This document shows positions 14,946 to 27,362 of a DNA stretch of 64,000 bases, piece after piece. Source of the DNA: Tubulanus polymorphus (lineage: Eukaryota > Animalia > Nemertea). The stretch spans positions 22,734,299 to 22,798,298 of the forward strand of contig NC_134025.1 in assembly GCF_964204645.1 (NCBI RefSeq), given 5' to 3'. Both the position numbers and the translations under genes were made by a program. Numbering within the stretch: the stretch's first letter is position 1; each line of letters starts with the position of its first letter. The notes beneath the pieces were generated by a model. That model ran no database searches and had not been told where the DNA came from. It saw only the letters and a program-made list of their open reading frames with translations.

Positions 14946-17046
14946 TTAAAGTGCCGTATTTTCCGTATGTTCCCGAGGGTTTTGGTGATGGTTGTGATGG
15001 TGGTGGTGGTGATTTTTATTATGCTGGCTCGGGAGGTACGGTTGATGAAATCGTGGATCTATGATACGATGTTCAACAATATCAGGCTCTTCGTCGCTGA
15101 TAGTAAAAACCGGATTGTCGTGTGAAGTAGGCCCCTTTCCGTCAGTTCGGTCGGATAGAATATCACTAGATTCCTTGTGGAGCGACGAATCTTCTGGAAT
15201 TCCACTATTCACGTTACTGTTGATATCATTAGTGTTAGTTCGATCGTTATCAAGCACATTTTGACCACCTATTTCAACGTCTGGACTATCAACTACCTCG
15301 ACAGTACAGATATTATCATCAATTCGGTCATTATTTTGGTGTTCATCGTTCGCGTTAACACCTCGGCCCTCATCAACGCTACATTCGGGACTATCTTCAG
15401 ATTCGTCATCCTCTTCGCCGTGAACGTTCCACAGTTTAACCGCGTCGAATTGAGTTACGGTCGATATTTTACCCGGATCGAAATTGACCGAATTTTCAAG
15501 TTCATTCGCCGCGTAAACCACCGCTGTGCTGTGTCTTCTCGGAAAGGCACCATTTTTCGACTTATTACGCAAAATTCCGTGTAATGGCTTCTTATTTCCA
15601 CCGGCGCTTTGGCTGCGTTTGATGCCGCAGATCTTCGGCTTCATATCAATGTGCACCACCGTCCTGTCGTCGTTGCTACCCACAGTTGCTGTAAACGTAG
15701 AAAGGAGACACAGCTATAGAATTGATTTCTCTATTTCGAGATCGATTTTCGACGCTATTCAAATAGTAACGTCGATTCGTTGACGACTTACATCTATACC
15801 CATCGTATCATACATGATTCACACTGACTGAAAAATTTATTTATCTTATTTTGACCTGCTCTTACTTTCAATATTGGGCGTACGTAGATCTGGGAATGAA
15901 TCTAGACTGTACACTTTAGCCATTCTGTAGCTGGTGTCCATCACCTTCTTGGTGACGTCTTTCGCAATCACGGCTTCGAATGCCAATCTGAGTTTATGAT
16001 TTGAATTAAGTACGTCTAAAAGTTCCTTCTTGTCCCAAGAGACATAAAGGCTGGGCATGTCTGCAGTGATTGTGACCTAAAAAGAACGGGCCGACATTTT
16101 ACATACGCATAATTCTAATTCATTGAAAATCACAGTAGCGTATAAATCATCCTAGAAACTTCTATTCATTGGCAAAAAGAACCATTCCACTATGCTTTTT
16201 GCATTACGGTATAAACAATACAGCATTTTTCCAAAATGGAAGCTTTTGAACAGATTCAAAATCTGTTATGGCAATATGTTTGCTGAGACTCTCTAGTCGC
16301 GTTAACTGAAATCTGTCCCATTGATTCATCAATACATAACAGGAAACAGGAAAATAACTACCTGAGATTTTTCCATCGTCTGGTAGAGCAAATATTCAGG
16401 AGAATCGATAAAGTTTTCACCATATATTTTATGAAGATCCACGCCTTGCATCGAAACTTTCAGTCTGAAATAAAGATATCGCTAGTGTATATTCATATGC
16501 GAATAGATAACTATATTGATGAAATGATGGATTGATTATTTTTCTTTGAAATTGGGATAAAATGATCTACCTGCCCCATACAAGAAATGATATATTATCA
16601 CAAGTTGAAATTCCCTCGATTGAGTATTCCGATTCCGTCGAAAGTTCCTTGGGGAGCTTTGCTATATCGGCAATTTTCTTAAATTCTAGTCTTGGTAAAC
16701 CGACTTTTTTGAACTGAGTTTCGTATACCATCTCCAACTCGGACGACAACGTCACTGGGCGTATAGAGTAAAAGAATAACGCGGCCTGTACGATGTTTAT
16801 GACCATCAGAACGAAATACCAAACGAAAATATCCACGGCGCAAAGAACTAACCATCCCCAGGTCGCAAAGAGTACATTGGAAACGACCAAACCGACGCGC
16901 AACCATAAATTCCCATAAACCTTAGTACTGGGAGAGATTATTGCTATAAGAAAGAACACGCAAGCGGCTTGAAAGATGGCATCTTGCGCTGCAACGAAGT
17001 CGCACGATCCGATGTGATATGTGGCTGGAGATGTGTTTTGCGACAT
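14946..17046 (-). CDS. Popeye-domain-containing cAMP-binding membrane protein (BVES/POPDC family); 4 coding exons
   Basis: Exons 17046-16571, 16464-16362, 16076-15866, 15688-14946. Three N-terminal TM segments (..WGWLVLCAVDIFVWY..), FIDSPE and SQVT phosphate-binding-cassette motifs, AKDVTKK; long acidic low-complexity tail. Confidence 0.87.
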
Positions 17047-17629
17047 CCCGACTGCTTCACACGCTGCAAGGAGACGGCGATAGTATTAAACAGACTATAT
17101 CACGACGCAGTACCCGGATCGGTTTGATTTTAAGCCAAGACCGAAAGATTTAATCCGTTGTATTAATCGACATTGGCGATTCCGTGCACGCATTTTATTA
17201 TAACATACGTATGGGAAACGCTGCATGTAAACACATCTGCTATACAGTTCACAACATATACGAAGTCTCCAATTGGAGTGTACTAGCTCGCGTCGTTCGT
17301 GCGCTGCAGTTTTTGCATAATGCCGATTAATTATTAATGGTTTTCATTCGATGATTGTACGATCCTTGGCGCTTACCTTTATTTTCGAAATGGCATTTTC
17401 TGCGAGCACGTTCGCGTACTACGACACCTCCGCACAAAACCCGTTAGATTTGAATAAAACTCGCTGGGCTCGGCTGTGTGTTGGCGCATAAAGAAAAACT
17501 GAACATTTGTTACCTCGACAGAAAATGCGACAGCTTTTTGTATCGATCGAAATATCTCTCGCGCAGGAACAATCTCGAATTGTCGGACGAACAGGGGCAG
17601 AAGAAGGTCGAAAAGACTATATTCATGTT

Positions 17630-17700
17630 AACGTAAGTTTAGGAATTTCCATTTGTTGACCAATTCATTGGCCAACGAATAGAAATTCCTGAAGTTACAT
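17630..17700. repeat. Imperfect ~34-bp-arm palindrome upstream of the Popeye gene
   Basis: ..AGGAATTTCCATTTGTTGACCAA / TTGGCCAACGAATAGAAATTCCT.. Confidence 0.6.
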
Positions 17701-18169
17701 TCCCTTGAACACTCGCGCTGCTGCACATTGCATTTCGCTTTAGTGTGTCGTCCTGCGAATGATTCGACTACAATTCGACTGTAATACATACACTATATGT
17801 GTACATGTATTTATGTATTTGGCCAGAATGAGCGAACGGATAGCTATTCCAACAAGAAAACTTACTTGAAAGTTTATTGACGCCTTGCAAATGCACATAC
17901 ATAAATAACTACTATTGTCGATAAAGCCCATCGCACACGGGAACGGAAGCACAGAAACACGGAATCAAATATCTCAGAAACGCCCGGAAAACATATTTCT
18001 GTCTCCGTTTTCCGTGTTTCTCTGCGTCGTGTGCGCTGGGCTAAATGATTAACGACGATGATGATAAAAAGGGAGCTACATATGATACCAGGACTGAACC
18101 GCGTATGCGGTGCATGGTGTACGCTACGCTGGTGTACGCTATCTCGCGGGCGCTTTATTGGTGGTAAGT

Positions 18170-18750
18170 AATGTATCGGCAATTGAATTGAATTGAATTG
18201 ACCGGCAACCAGTCTAGCTCGAATATTGATGACGTAGTGCACATCCATTTCCCACACACTACACTAATTGCCATTGAAATTCATAATTAGGAAGACATGA
18301 AAAAGCAATGATACGAAACAACTCATGATTATGGTGGCTGATTCGGGCCATACTGAAAAATTTTTCTGCACGGATAGAGGAACGATAAAAAAATTGTTCA
18401 TATTGGCCCGTTTTGAATTCTCGCGCGAGAAAACCAAAGGTTTTGAATTCTCGCGTGAGAAAACAAAACGTTTTGAATTCTCGCACGAGAAAACCAAAAA
18501 ACGGCCAATGTGAAATTTTTTTTATCGTTGCCCCAGCCGTACAGAAATTTGTTGTTTTAGTAAGGCCCGATCAGCCACCATACATGATATTTGATGATTG
18601 AAAAATAGAAACTAACTGGTTCACAATTGTAAACAATTTCATTTTGAGACGCCAATATTGCTGACATTCTACACAATTAGACACTACACCAAATAACGTG
18701 TAGTTTTAAAAACATCTTTTTTTAACGGTTTTTACGGCGGCGACATGGGT
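18170..18750. repeat. Dispersed repeat family (also ~45515-45860 and ~53500-53760); this copy is interrupted by a MITE
   Basis: Shared blocks AATTGA..CCGGCAACCAGTCTAGC, (C/G)AATATTGATGACGTAGTGC and AAACAT...CGGTTTTT(A/G)CGG recur at these loci in similar order. Confidence 0.65.
18332..18580. mobile_element. MITE family TGGTGGCTGATTCGGGCC, subfamily A
   Basis: TIRs TGGTGGCTGATTCGGGCC / GGCCCGATCAGCCACCA, TA on both flanks; internal 30-bp repeats built on the palindrome TTCTCGCGCGAGAA. Confidence 0.85.
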
Positions 18751-19504
18751 ATTTCAATCGAATAGTATTTTATCGAATTGAAATGCGTACTTCATATTGG
18801 ATACATGGGGTATGATACCCCACCATATATAGGTAACACATAGGCCGATATGCAACAAGTTATAAAAAGTTCTAGCTCACAATCTATTCATCGGAAATGA
18901 TCCCATCCCCGAGTACAAATTATTGCGCCATGCACGAAAAAATGGGAGACAAAAGTCGCACTAACAGCATGGTGCTTGCCACTTCATTTCAATGTATGCC
19001 ACTGCAATAATAATGGCAACGCCCTCTTGTTAAATAATAGATATGTTCAGCACTTGGCAGCGCTCTATTTCCTATACGTTGTGAATACTTCTCACCAGCA
19101 TCTGTAACACTAGTACACCGCAGCCCGTGTATATAAAATAAACTGTTGAGGTGCGTTCGCGTGAAGCTCGTGATCTACAAAAAGATTGGATTTAAAATCT
19201 CGGTCGTTTTAAGAACTTTTTCGAAAGAAATTTGCAAATCAAGGTAAACAACGTATGTATGTCAAACGTGACAGTCAATATGATGCCGTGCAATATAATG
19301 GACGAGCGACATATATAACAATGATAATACATATACACGTATTTATCATCTAGTGGTCTAGTTATACCACAGATAAAATCTCCAAATAGGTTATTTATTA
19401 TATGAAGTAAAATTGATACTATACGTATTTTCATTCAGAGATCTTTACTGTTAGTGTTGGATGTGCAAAAAGGTAACAACTGTCTTGCTATTTCAGATTA
19501 GAAA

Positions 19505-21067
19505 ATGAGGGTTCTGACGAGTATAGCGAGCATCTTGGCTTTACTCTCGTTTCCAGTAGCGTCTGGAAAACGGGCACTACTTATACCTACTATGTGGGCA
19601 AGTCATATTCTAGAAATGTCTCAACTTGGACGCGAGCTTGTCCACAGAGGACATGAAGTTCACATGCTGATGAGCGAAACTGTCAAAAAGATGCCCAACT
19701 CTCTCACAAACTCGGGGATAAAGTTTCTAAGATATTCCGTGGATTACGACGCAGATCCGTTTACCGATGAATTGCTATTTAATCTGACTCTACGAAACTG
19801 GAAATCCGGAGGCGGCGTAGCGCAGGAGATGGAAGTCGATCGTATTATGGGACAGCGCGAATGTCGATCTCTCCTGAAAAATGAAGACGTTTTCAATCGA
19901 ATCGTTTCAATGAGGTTCGATATTGCCGTTGTCGATGGTTTTGGGCCATCGTTATGTAGGTATATAATACCCTACCAGGCAGGCATTCCTTATGGCTCGC
20001 TAACAGCTGTCATCTGGCCTTACATGTCTACATTAGCGACACTGCCTTCTGTTACAGTTGGACTTTATTCGTCTTCTACGGATAGAATGGGATTTTCTGA
20101 AAGGATATCCAATTTGATTTCGCATTATAAATTTTGGAGCTTAAGTGAGAGCAATTACAACTTAGAAGAGTTCATGGGATCTTTCGTTCCCGACAAACCA
20201 TATAATTCCCTAACCGATCTCGCAAGACAGTCCCAGTTCTGGATTATTGAAACTGAAGGCCTGATGGATTATAATCGAATAAGTTTACCGCATATTCATT
20301 ATGTTGGAGGTTTGACAACTGACCCTCCTAAAGCTCTTCGGGGGGAAATACTCGAGATATGTGACAAGGCAATCGGCGGAATAATTCTTGTATCGTTTGG
20401 AAGCCGTGTCACTCATTTACCATATCATTACATACTCCGATTTATGGAAGGCTTAAACAAAGTCAATAAGAAGTACACCGTTGTATTCAAATATGGTGGT
20501 TCCACAAAAGACATAGCTATCTCAGAAAATATTCATATTGTTAATTGGATGCCTCAAAACGATATTCTAGGGCATTCTAATACTCGATTGTTTGTGACGC
20601 ATTGCGGTAATAATGGACGCTACGAGGCACTCTATCACGGAATACCTATGTTGGCATTTCCTTTCGACGCTGATCAGCCTGTTAATGCTTTGGGGCTGGG
20701 ACGCAAAGGATATGGGAGAAATATGGACATGAAAACATTCAAATCTGATGAACTCGCGGAAAATATTCATGAAATTATAGAGAACCCTCGATACAAAAAC
20801 GCGATCCAGAAAGCATCTGACATCTTCCGAGATTTACCGAATCCCAGAGAGAAAGCTGCTTCAGTCGTTGAACAAGTGATGAAACACGGAGCTGACCACT
20901 GGTATATGCCAGCATCGGAACTTCATTTGTACGAAATAATCATGCTTGATATTACATTGACTTTAGTATTCCTTGTATTCTGTTGTATTATCGTTCTCAA
21001 ATGCTGCATTATTATGCTTTGCATTAGATATAATTCAAATAAGAATAATAAAGAAAAAAGAAATTAA
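19505..21067 (+). CDS. UDP-glycosyltransferase (GT1) copy 1
   Basis: 520-aa ORF: signal peptide, WASH catalytic His, UGT signature WMPQNDILGH...FVTHCGNNGRYEALYHGIPM...DQ, C-terminal TM and KEKRN tail. Confidence 0.96.
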   Translation: MRVLTSIASILALLSFPVASGKRALLIPTMWASHILEMSQLGRELVHRGHEVHMLMSETVKKMPNSLTNSGIKFLRYSVDYDADPFTDELLFNLTLRNWKSGGGVAQEMEVDRIMGQRECRSLLKNEDVFNRIVSMRFDIAVVDGFGPSLCRYIIPYQAGIPYGSLTAVIWPYMSTLATLPSVTVGLYSSSTDRMGFSERISNLISHYKFWSLSESNYNLEEFMGSFVPDKPYNSLTDLARQSQFWIIETEGLMDYNRISLPHIHYVGGLTTDPPKALRGEILEICDKAIGGIILVSFGSRVTHLPYHYILRFMEGLNKVNKKYTVVFKYGGSTKDIAISENIHIVNWMPQNDILGHSNTRLFVTHCGNNGRYEALYHGIPMLAFPFDADQPVNALGLGRKGYGRNMDMKTFKSDELAENIHEIIENPRYKNAIQKASDIFRDLPNPREKAASVVEQVMKHGADHWYMPASELHLYEIIMLDITLTLVFLVFCCIIVLKCCIIMLCIRYNSNKNNKEKRN

Positions 21068-21282
21068 ATTGTGCTATTTTCCCAACAAAGCCTGCAAAAT
21101 GATATTTAAAAAATAGTATTTGTGACAAATGGTATTTGCGATCGAGACGTTTTGGATTTTATGTAGTGTTATCGAGATTCTAGCCACTACTGTTTAAAAT
21201 TTTTTGATTTGTTATGATATAGATTTCTGTTATACTCGTACATATATATTTGATTGAATCAATCGAAAGAAAATGTTCGGAG

Positions 21283-21520
21283 CCCGGAGGTTACACGGTG
21301 AAAAATAATAACAACTTTAAATTCTTTCTTGGGAACGAAATAATCTTTAACAGATGAATAAAGGATTATTTCGTTCCCACAAAAAGATTTCTCGTTCGAA
21401 CGAAAAGATTATTTCGTGGCCTCAAAAAACATTCCGTTCGCACGAAAAATATTTCGTTCGAGCGAAAAAGATTTCGTTCCCACGAAAAATATGTTTAGCT
21501 ATCATCATGTCACCTCCGGG
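21283..21520. mobile_element. Short TIR element with internal TTTCGTTC..ACGAAA minirepeats, between UGT copies 1 and 2
   Basis: CCCGGAGGTTACA / TGTCACCTCCGGG termini; repeated short hairpin-like units inside. Confidence 0.6.
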
Positions 21521-21869
21521 TGTCGTAAAAATGTGATCCAGTGGCGATTGCCATCGATAACCTAATTTCAGGGAACTTTGATGAAGTTTTTCGAATTTTG
21601 ATGTAACAAGCTCACAATTAAACATCTACGTATCATATGCCATGCGTTCTCTTTATTCACTAGATTTTAGTACAGAAACTTTATTTAGGAAAGTTTTACA
21701 GAATAAAGTCAGCACAGAAAGAGTCATTATACTAAAAGATTTCTCAAGGTATAGCTGAGTGTGATATACACAGACAGAATATCCTGGTTTGCCTAAACTT
21801 TTTGTGATACATCATTTGGAAACGCAAATATTTGATCTTAATCATCAATCATTTTATTTCAGATAGATC

Positions 21870-23435
21870 ATGCGTCGATCGCTTGCAGACATGCTGACCA
21901 TTATCGCCCTAATGTTGGTTACAGTTGCATCAGGAAAACGGATTTTGCTCATCCCTGCAATGTGGGCAAGTCATATTCTAGAAATATCTCAACTCGGACG
22001 CGAGCTCGTTCATAGAGGTCACGACGTCCACATGCTGATGAGCGAAACTGTAAAAAAGATGCCGAACTCTCTCGAAAATTCGGGAGTTAATTTTTTGAGA
22101 TATTCCGTGGATTACGATGCGGATCCGTTCGATGATGAGTTAGCTGCCAACCGTTCATTGTTTTGCTGGGAAACGGCTGCTGATTTGACGACAGAGTTTG
22201 AAGTACTAGATCATACTTTGGGAAAACGAGAATGTGGTTCGCTGTTAAACAATATGAAAATGTTTAAGCGGGTCGTTTCGATGAAATTCGATATTGCAAT
22301 TGTCGATGGGTTAGGTGCATCCTTATGTAGGTATGTAATTCCCTACCAAGCAGGCATTCCTTACGGTTCGCTAACAGCTGTCATCTGGCCTTACATGTCT
22401 ACATTGGCTACGCTGCCTTCTGTTACCACTGGACTTTATTCGACCACCGATAAAATGGGATTTTCCGGCAGGTTTGCGAACATGCTTTCGTATTATCGTT
22501 TCTGGAGTTTGATTGAAAGTTATTATAACCACGAAGAGCTCATGGGATCATACGTACCCGATAAACCCTACCAGTCGTTAACTGATTTGGCCGGGCGGTC
22601 TCTGTTTTGGATTATTGAAATTGAAGATATCATGGATCGTCCTCATATCACTTTACCACATATTCATTATGTCGGAGGTTTAAGCGCAAACCCTCCTGAG
22701 CCTTTAAAAGAAGACGTGAAAGTGATATGTGATAAAGCAACCGGTGGACTTGTTCTCATATCCTTTGGGACCCGTTTCACTTATTTGTCGCATCAGTACT
22801 TAGTAAAATTCATCCAGGGTTTGAACCTAGTCAATACGAAGTACACCATCATTTTCAGATACGACGGTTCAACTAAAGAAATGAAAATCTCTGAAAATAT
22901 ACACATTGTTAATTGGATGCCTCAAAACGATATTCTAGGGCATCCTAATACTCGATTGTTTGTGACGCATTGCGGTAATAATGGACGATACGAGGCACTT
23001 TATCACGGAATACCTATGCTGGTATTTCCATTTGATTCGGATCAGCCAGTAAATGCTATAAGACTCGAACGCAGAGGATTTGGACTAAGAATGGACATGA
23101 AAACATTCAAACCTGACGAACTCGCGAAAAATATGCACGAAATAATTGAGAATCCTCGATACAAAAACGCGATTCAGAAATCTTCCGACATCTTCCGAGA
23201 TTTACCGAATCCCAGAGAGAAAGCTGCTTCAGTCGTTGAGCATGTGATGAAACACGGAGCTGACCACTGGTATATGCCAGCTTCTGAACTTTATTTGTAT
23301 GAAATAATCATGCTTGATATCGTATTAGCTATAGTGTTTCTAGTATTCTGTTTCATTATGGTTCTAAAATACTTCATCGTTATTGTTTGTATGAGATGTA
23401 TTTCAAGTAAATCTAATAAAGGAAAAACAAATTAA
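21870..23435 (+). CDS. UDP-glycosyltransferase (GT1) copy 2
   Basis: 521-aa ORF with the same signal peptide / signature / TM layout; tail KGKTN. Confidence 0.96.
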   Translation: MRRSLADMLTIIALMLVTVASGKRILLIPAMWASHILEISQLGRELVHRGHDVHMLMSETVKKMPNSLENSGVNFLRYSVDYDADPFDDELAANRSLFCWETAADLTTEFEVLDHTLGKRECGSLLNNMKMFKRVVSMKFDIAIVDGLGASLCRYVIPYQAGIPYGSLTAVIWPYMSTLATLPSVTTGLYSTTDKMGFSGRFANMLSYYRFWSLIESYYNHEELMGSYVPDKPYQSLTDLAGRSLFWIIEIEDIMDRPHITLPHIHYVGGLSANPPEPLKEDVKVICDKATGGLVLISFGTRFTYLSHQYLVKFIQGLNLVNTKYTIIFRYDGSTKEMKISENIHIVNWMPQNDILGHPNTRLFVTHCGNNGRYEALYHGIPMLVFPFDSDQPVNAIRLERRGFGLRMDMKTFKPDELAKNMHEIIENPRYKNAIQKSSDIFRDLPNPREKAASVVEHVMKHGADHWYMPASELYLYEIIMLDIVLAIVFLVFCFIMVLKYFIVIVCMRCISSKSNKGKTN

Positions 23436-23929
23436 ACCCAGAATGCACGTGACTAAGTTCATACAGTCAATTTAGTGACCATATCTTCAATTCAGGATTG
23501 AGGTGATTTCTTGTATGCGCATCTCAAACGCAAATGGTTAAAGATAAGTAGTCAGGAAAAATATTCGAACAATTTTACCGCAGACCCAAATTTCATATAA
23601 CGGTCTTTAACCTCCGAAAAAAGGGAAATGCAGCTTAAAGAGATAGTGATATAATTCGCAAATTCGCGATTTTCTTGATGCACGGTGAAAATGTGCGGTC
23701 CTTCATTTTACAGTACGCACGGTACGAGACACTTTCGGAACTGGGTGAAAAAAATTGTCAACACTGTAAAATCAGTTTATGGAAAAATATTCTCTAAGCA
23801 CTCGAGGGGGATAATACATGAAACTAAAACCACTATTCATTCTGTTCCCTAAACCTTTTTTGATACATTCGAGATCACAGCTATGAAATCCTGATTAATC
23901 ATTATCAATGATTTTATTTCAGGTTGAAT

Positions 23930-25468
23930 ATGCGTCTTGTAGACACGTTGACCATTGCCGCTCTTATGTTGGCTACGGTTGCTTCAGGAAAACGGATTTT
24001 GCTCATCCCCGCTATGTGGGCAAGTCATATTCTAGAAATATCTCAACTCGGACGCGAGCTCGTTCACAGAGGCCACGACGTCCACATGCTAATGAGCGAA
24101 ACCGTCAAAAAGATGCCGAACTCTCTTAAAAACTCGGGAGTGAAGTTTTTGAGATATTCCGTTGATTACAATGTGGATCCGTTCGATGATGAGTTAGCTG
24201 CCAACCGTTCATTGTTTTGCTGGGAAACGGCTGCGGATTTAGAAACAGAGTTTGAAGTACTGGACCATACTTTGGGAAAACGGGAGTGTCGATCGCTGTT
24301 AAACAATATGAAAATGTTTAAACAGGTCGTTTCGATGAAATTCGATATTGCAATTGTCGATGGGTTAGGTACATCGTTATGTAGGTATATAATTCCCTAC
24401 CAAGCAGGCATTCCTTATGGTTCCTTATCATCGGCATTGTGGCCTTACATGTCAACGATGGCGTCGCTGCCGTCTGTTTCTGTTGGAATTTATTCGTATT
24501 CTACTAGAATGACATTTTTCGAGAGGTTTACAAACTTGATTTTTTATTTTCATCTATGGAGCTTAAGTGAGAAGTATTATAACTTAAAAGAGTTCATGGG
24601 CTCATACGTTCCCGATATGCCATACAACTCACTGACCGATCTGGCTAGGAAGTCTCAGTTTTGGATCATGGAAACTGAGCCTTTGATGGGTCATCCCCGC
24701 ATTGGTTTGCCTCATATTCATTATGTTGGAGGGCTAACAACTGATCCGGCTCAAAATTTATCTGGGGAAATACGTGAAATATGTGACAAGGCAGCCGAGG
24801 GAGTAATTCACGTGTCGTTTGGGACTCGTTTTACTTACTTGCCACATCATTACATACTCCGATTTATTGAGGGTTTGAATAACGTCAATAAGAAGTACAC
24901 CATCATTTTCAAATATCGTGCTTCCACTAAAGACATAACTGTCGCAGAAAATATTCATATTTTTAATTGGCTGCCTCAAAACGATATTCTAGGTCATCCT
25001 AATACTCGATTGTTTGTGACGCATTGCGGTAATAATGGACGCTACGAGGCACTCTATCACGGAATACCTATGCTGGCATTTCCCTTTGATTCTGACCAAC
25101 CTGTAAATGCTATAAGACTCGAGCGCAGAGGATTTGGACTAAGAATGGACATGAAAACATTCAAACCTGACGAACTCGCGAAAAATATCCATGAAATTAT
25201 TGAGAATCCTCGATACAAAAACGCGATTCAGAAATCTTCCGACATCTTCCGAGCTTTACCGAATCCCAGAAAGAAAGCCGCTTCAGTCATTGAGCATGTG
25301 ATGAAACACGGAGCTGACCACTGGTATATGCCAGCATCGGAACTTTATTTGTACGAAATAATCATGCTTGATATTACATTAGCTATTGTGTTTCTAGTAT
25401 TCTCTTTTTCTTTAGTTCTTAAATATTTTGCTTTTGCTTTATATAGAATATGTTATCAATCTAAATAG
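23930..25468 (+). CDS. UDP-glycosyltransferase (GT1) copy 3
   Basis: ATG at 23930 (MRLVDT...), full UGT signature and TM; ends YQSK-TAG. Confidence 0.95.
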   Translation: MRLVDTLTIAALMLATVASGKRILLIPAMWASHILEISQLGRELVHRGHDVHMLMSETVKKMPNSLKNSGVKFLRYSVDYNVDPFDDELAANRSLFCWETAADLETEFEVLDHTLGKRECRSLLNNMKMFKQVVSMKFDIAIVDGLGTSLCRYIIPYQAGIPYGSLSSALWPYMSTMASLPSVSVGIYSYSTRMTFFERFTNLIFYFHLWSLSEKYYNLKEFMGSYVPDMPYNSLTDLARKSQFWIMETEPLMGHPRIGLPHIHYVGGLTTDPAQNLSGEIREICDKAAEGVIHVSFGTRFTYLPHHYILRFIEGLNNVNKKYTIIFKYRASTKDITVAENIHIFNWLPQNDILGHPNTRLFVTHCGNNGRYEALYHGIPMLAFPFDSDQPVNAIRLERRGFGLRMDMKTFKPDELAKNIHEIIENPRYKNAIQKSSDIFRALPNPRKKAASVIEHVMKHGADHWYMPASELYLYEIIMLDITLAIVFLVFSFSLVLKYFAFALYRICYQSK

Positions 25469-25798
25469 GAAAAGATCATTTGAAATGTGCTGTTGCAATT
25501 ATAGTTAAAGTACATCTTATATTTCATTAATATTTAAATATCCGTATGTAATTATCCTTTGTCCTCTGCGGCAGTGTTAATCATTGTCTGTGTCGTTGTC
25601 ATGTCCCCACTCTTTTTTCTGCACTTTTTCAATACACATATAAATAGTTTGTGTCTAGAAATAAAGTCAGTCAGGTTACGGTTTTCCAAACTGGAACGTT
25701 CAGTCGTAAAATCGGGATTTTACGACATCGGCCATTCTTCGTGAATAGGAAACAAATCACGTTGTTGAAAAACAAAAGAAAAATTACAGAAAGAAAAC

Positions 25799-27362
25799 AT
25801 GCGTCTTATGGGTGCTGATCGCAGCCAACCTGTTGTCGGTGACAGTTGCGTCCAGTAAACGAGTGCTACTTCTTGTCTTCCTGCGATATGGCCAAGTCAC
25901 ATTCTAGAAATGTCTCAACTCGGACGCGAGCTTGTTCATAGAGGTCACGATGTCCACATGCTAATGGGTGAAACGATCAAAAGGTTGCCGAACTCTCTTA
26001 AAGACTCGGGAATAAGGTTTTTGAGATACTCCGTGGATTACAACGAGGACCCGTTCAATGATGAGTTGCTTACTTATTTGACACCGAACTTTGCAGAACC
26101 TGAAGATAGTATCCGCGCAGAAATTGAAATAGATTATATCATGGGAGAGCGGGAAAATCGGTCACTTTAGAGAAATCAACAGGTATTCAAGCTGATAGTT
26201 TCGATGAATTTTCGATTATGCGATTTTAGACGTAGCTGGATCTTCGTTATGTAGGTACATAATTCGATATCAAGCTGGCATTCCTTACGGTTCCTTATCA
26301 TCAGCATTCTGGCCGTATATGTCGACTTTGGCGTCGCTTCCATCCTTAAGTAATGGAATGTTTACATAAACATGATTGAAGATAAGATGGGACCTTCGGA
26401 TGGGCTTTGGAACTTGATCTTATATCATAAATTCTGGAGCTTGAGCGAGAGTAATTTCAACTTAGAAGAGTTTACGGGTTCATACGTATCCGATAAACCG
26501 TATCATTCACCAACTGATCTGGCTAGACAATCTCAATTTTGGATTATTGAAACTGAAGAGTTGATGGATTGTCCTCGCATTATTTTGCCCCATATCTATT
26601 ATGTTGGAGGTTTAACTGAAGTGTCGGCTGAACCCTTGTCGGGTAAACTACAAGAAATATGTGATATGGCGACTGGCGGAATAGTTCTTGTGTCCTTAGG
26701 AACTTGTATTTCTAATTTACCAGAAGAACGTCTAGTTCGATTTATTGAGGGCTTTAACAGAGTCAATAAGAAATACACTATCATTTTTAGATACGGTAGT
26801 TCCACTAAAGACATAACTATCCCAGGAAATATACATATTGTTAATTGGATGCCTCAGCACGATATTCTAGGGCATCCTAAAATTCGATTGTTTGTGACGC
26901 ATTGCGGTAATAATGGACGATACGAGGCACTCTATCACGGAATACCTATGCTGGCATTCTCCTTTGATTCTGACCAACCTGTAAATGCTATAAGACTCGA
27001 ACGCAGGGGATTTGCACTAAGAATGGACAAGAAAACATTTAAACCTGAAGAACTCACAAAAAAACATCCATGAAATAATTGAGAATCCTCGATCCAAAAA
27101 CGCCATTCAGAAATCTTCCAACATCTTCCGAGATTTACCGAAACCCAGAGAGAAAGCTGCTTCGGTCGTTGAACATGTGATGAAACACGGAGCTGACCAC
27201 TGGTATATGCCAGCTTCTGAACTTTATTTGTACGAAATAATCATGCTTGATACTACATTAGTTATTGTGTTTCTAGTATTCTGTTTTTCTTTAGTTCTTA
27301 AGTATTTGGCTTGTGCTTTATGTAAGATATATTATCAATCTAAAAAGATAAAGTTTAACTAA
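25799..27362 (+). pseudogene. UDP-glycosyltransferase pseudogene (copy 4)
   Basis: Full-length homology to its neighbours but split into ORF fragments (25910-26170, 26372-27073, 27177-27362); frameshifted signal region, TAG at 26168-26170, TAA near 26368, frameshift in the A-run near 27060. Confidence 0.88.
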
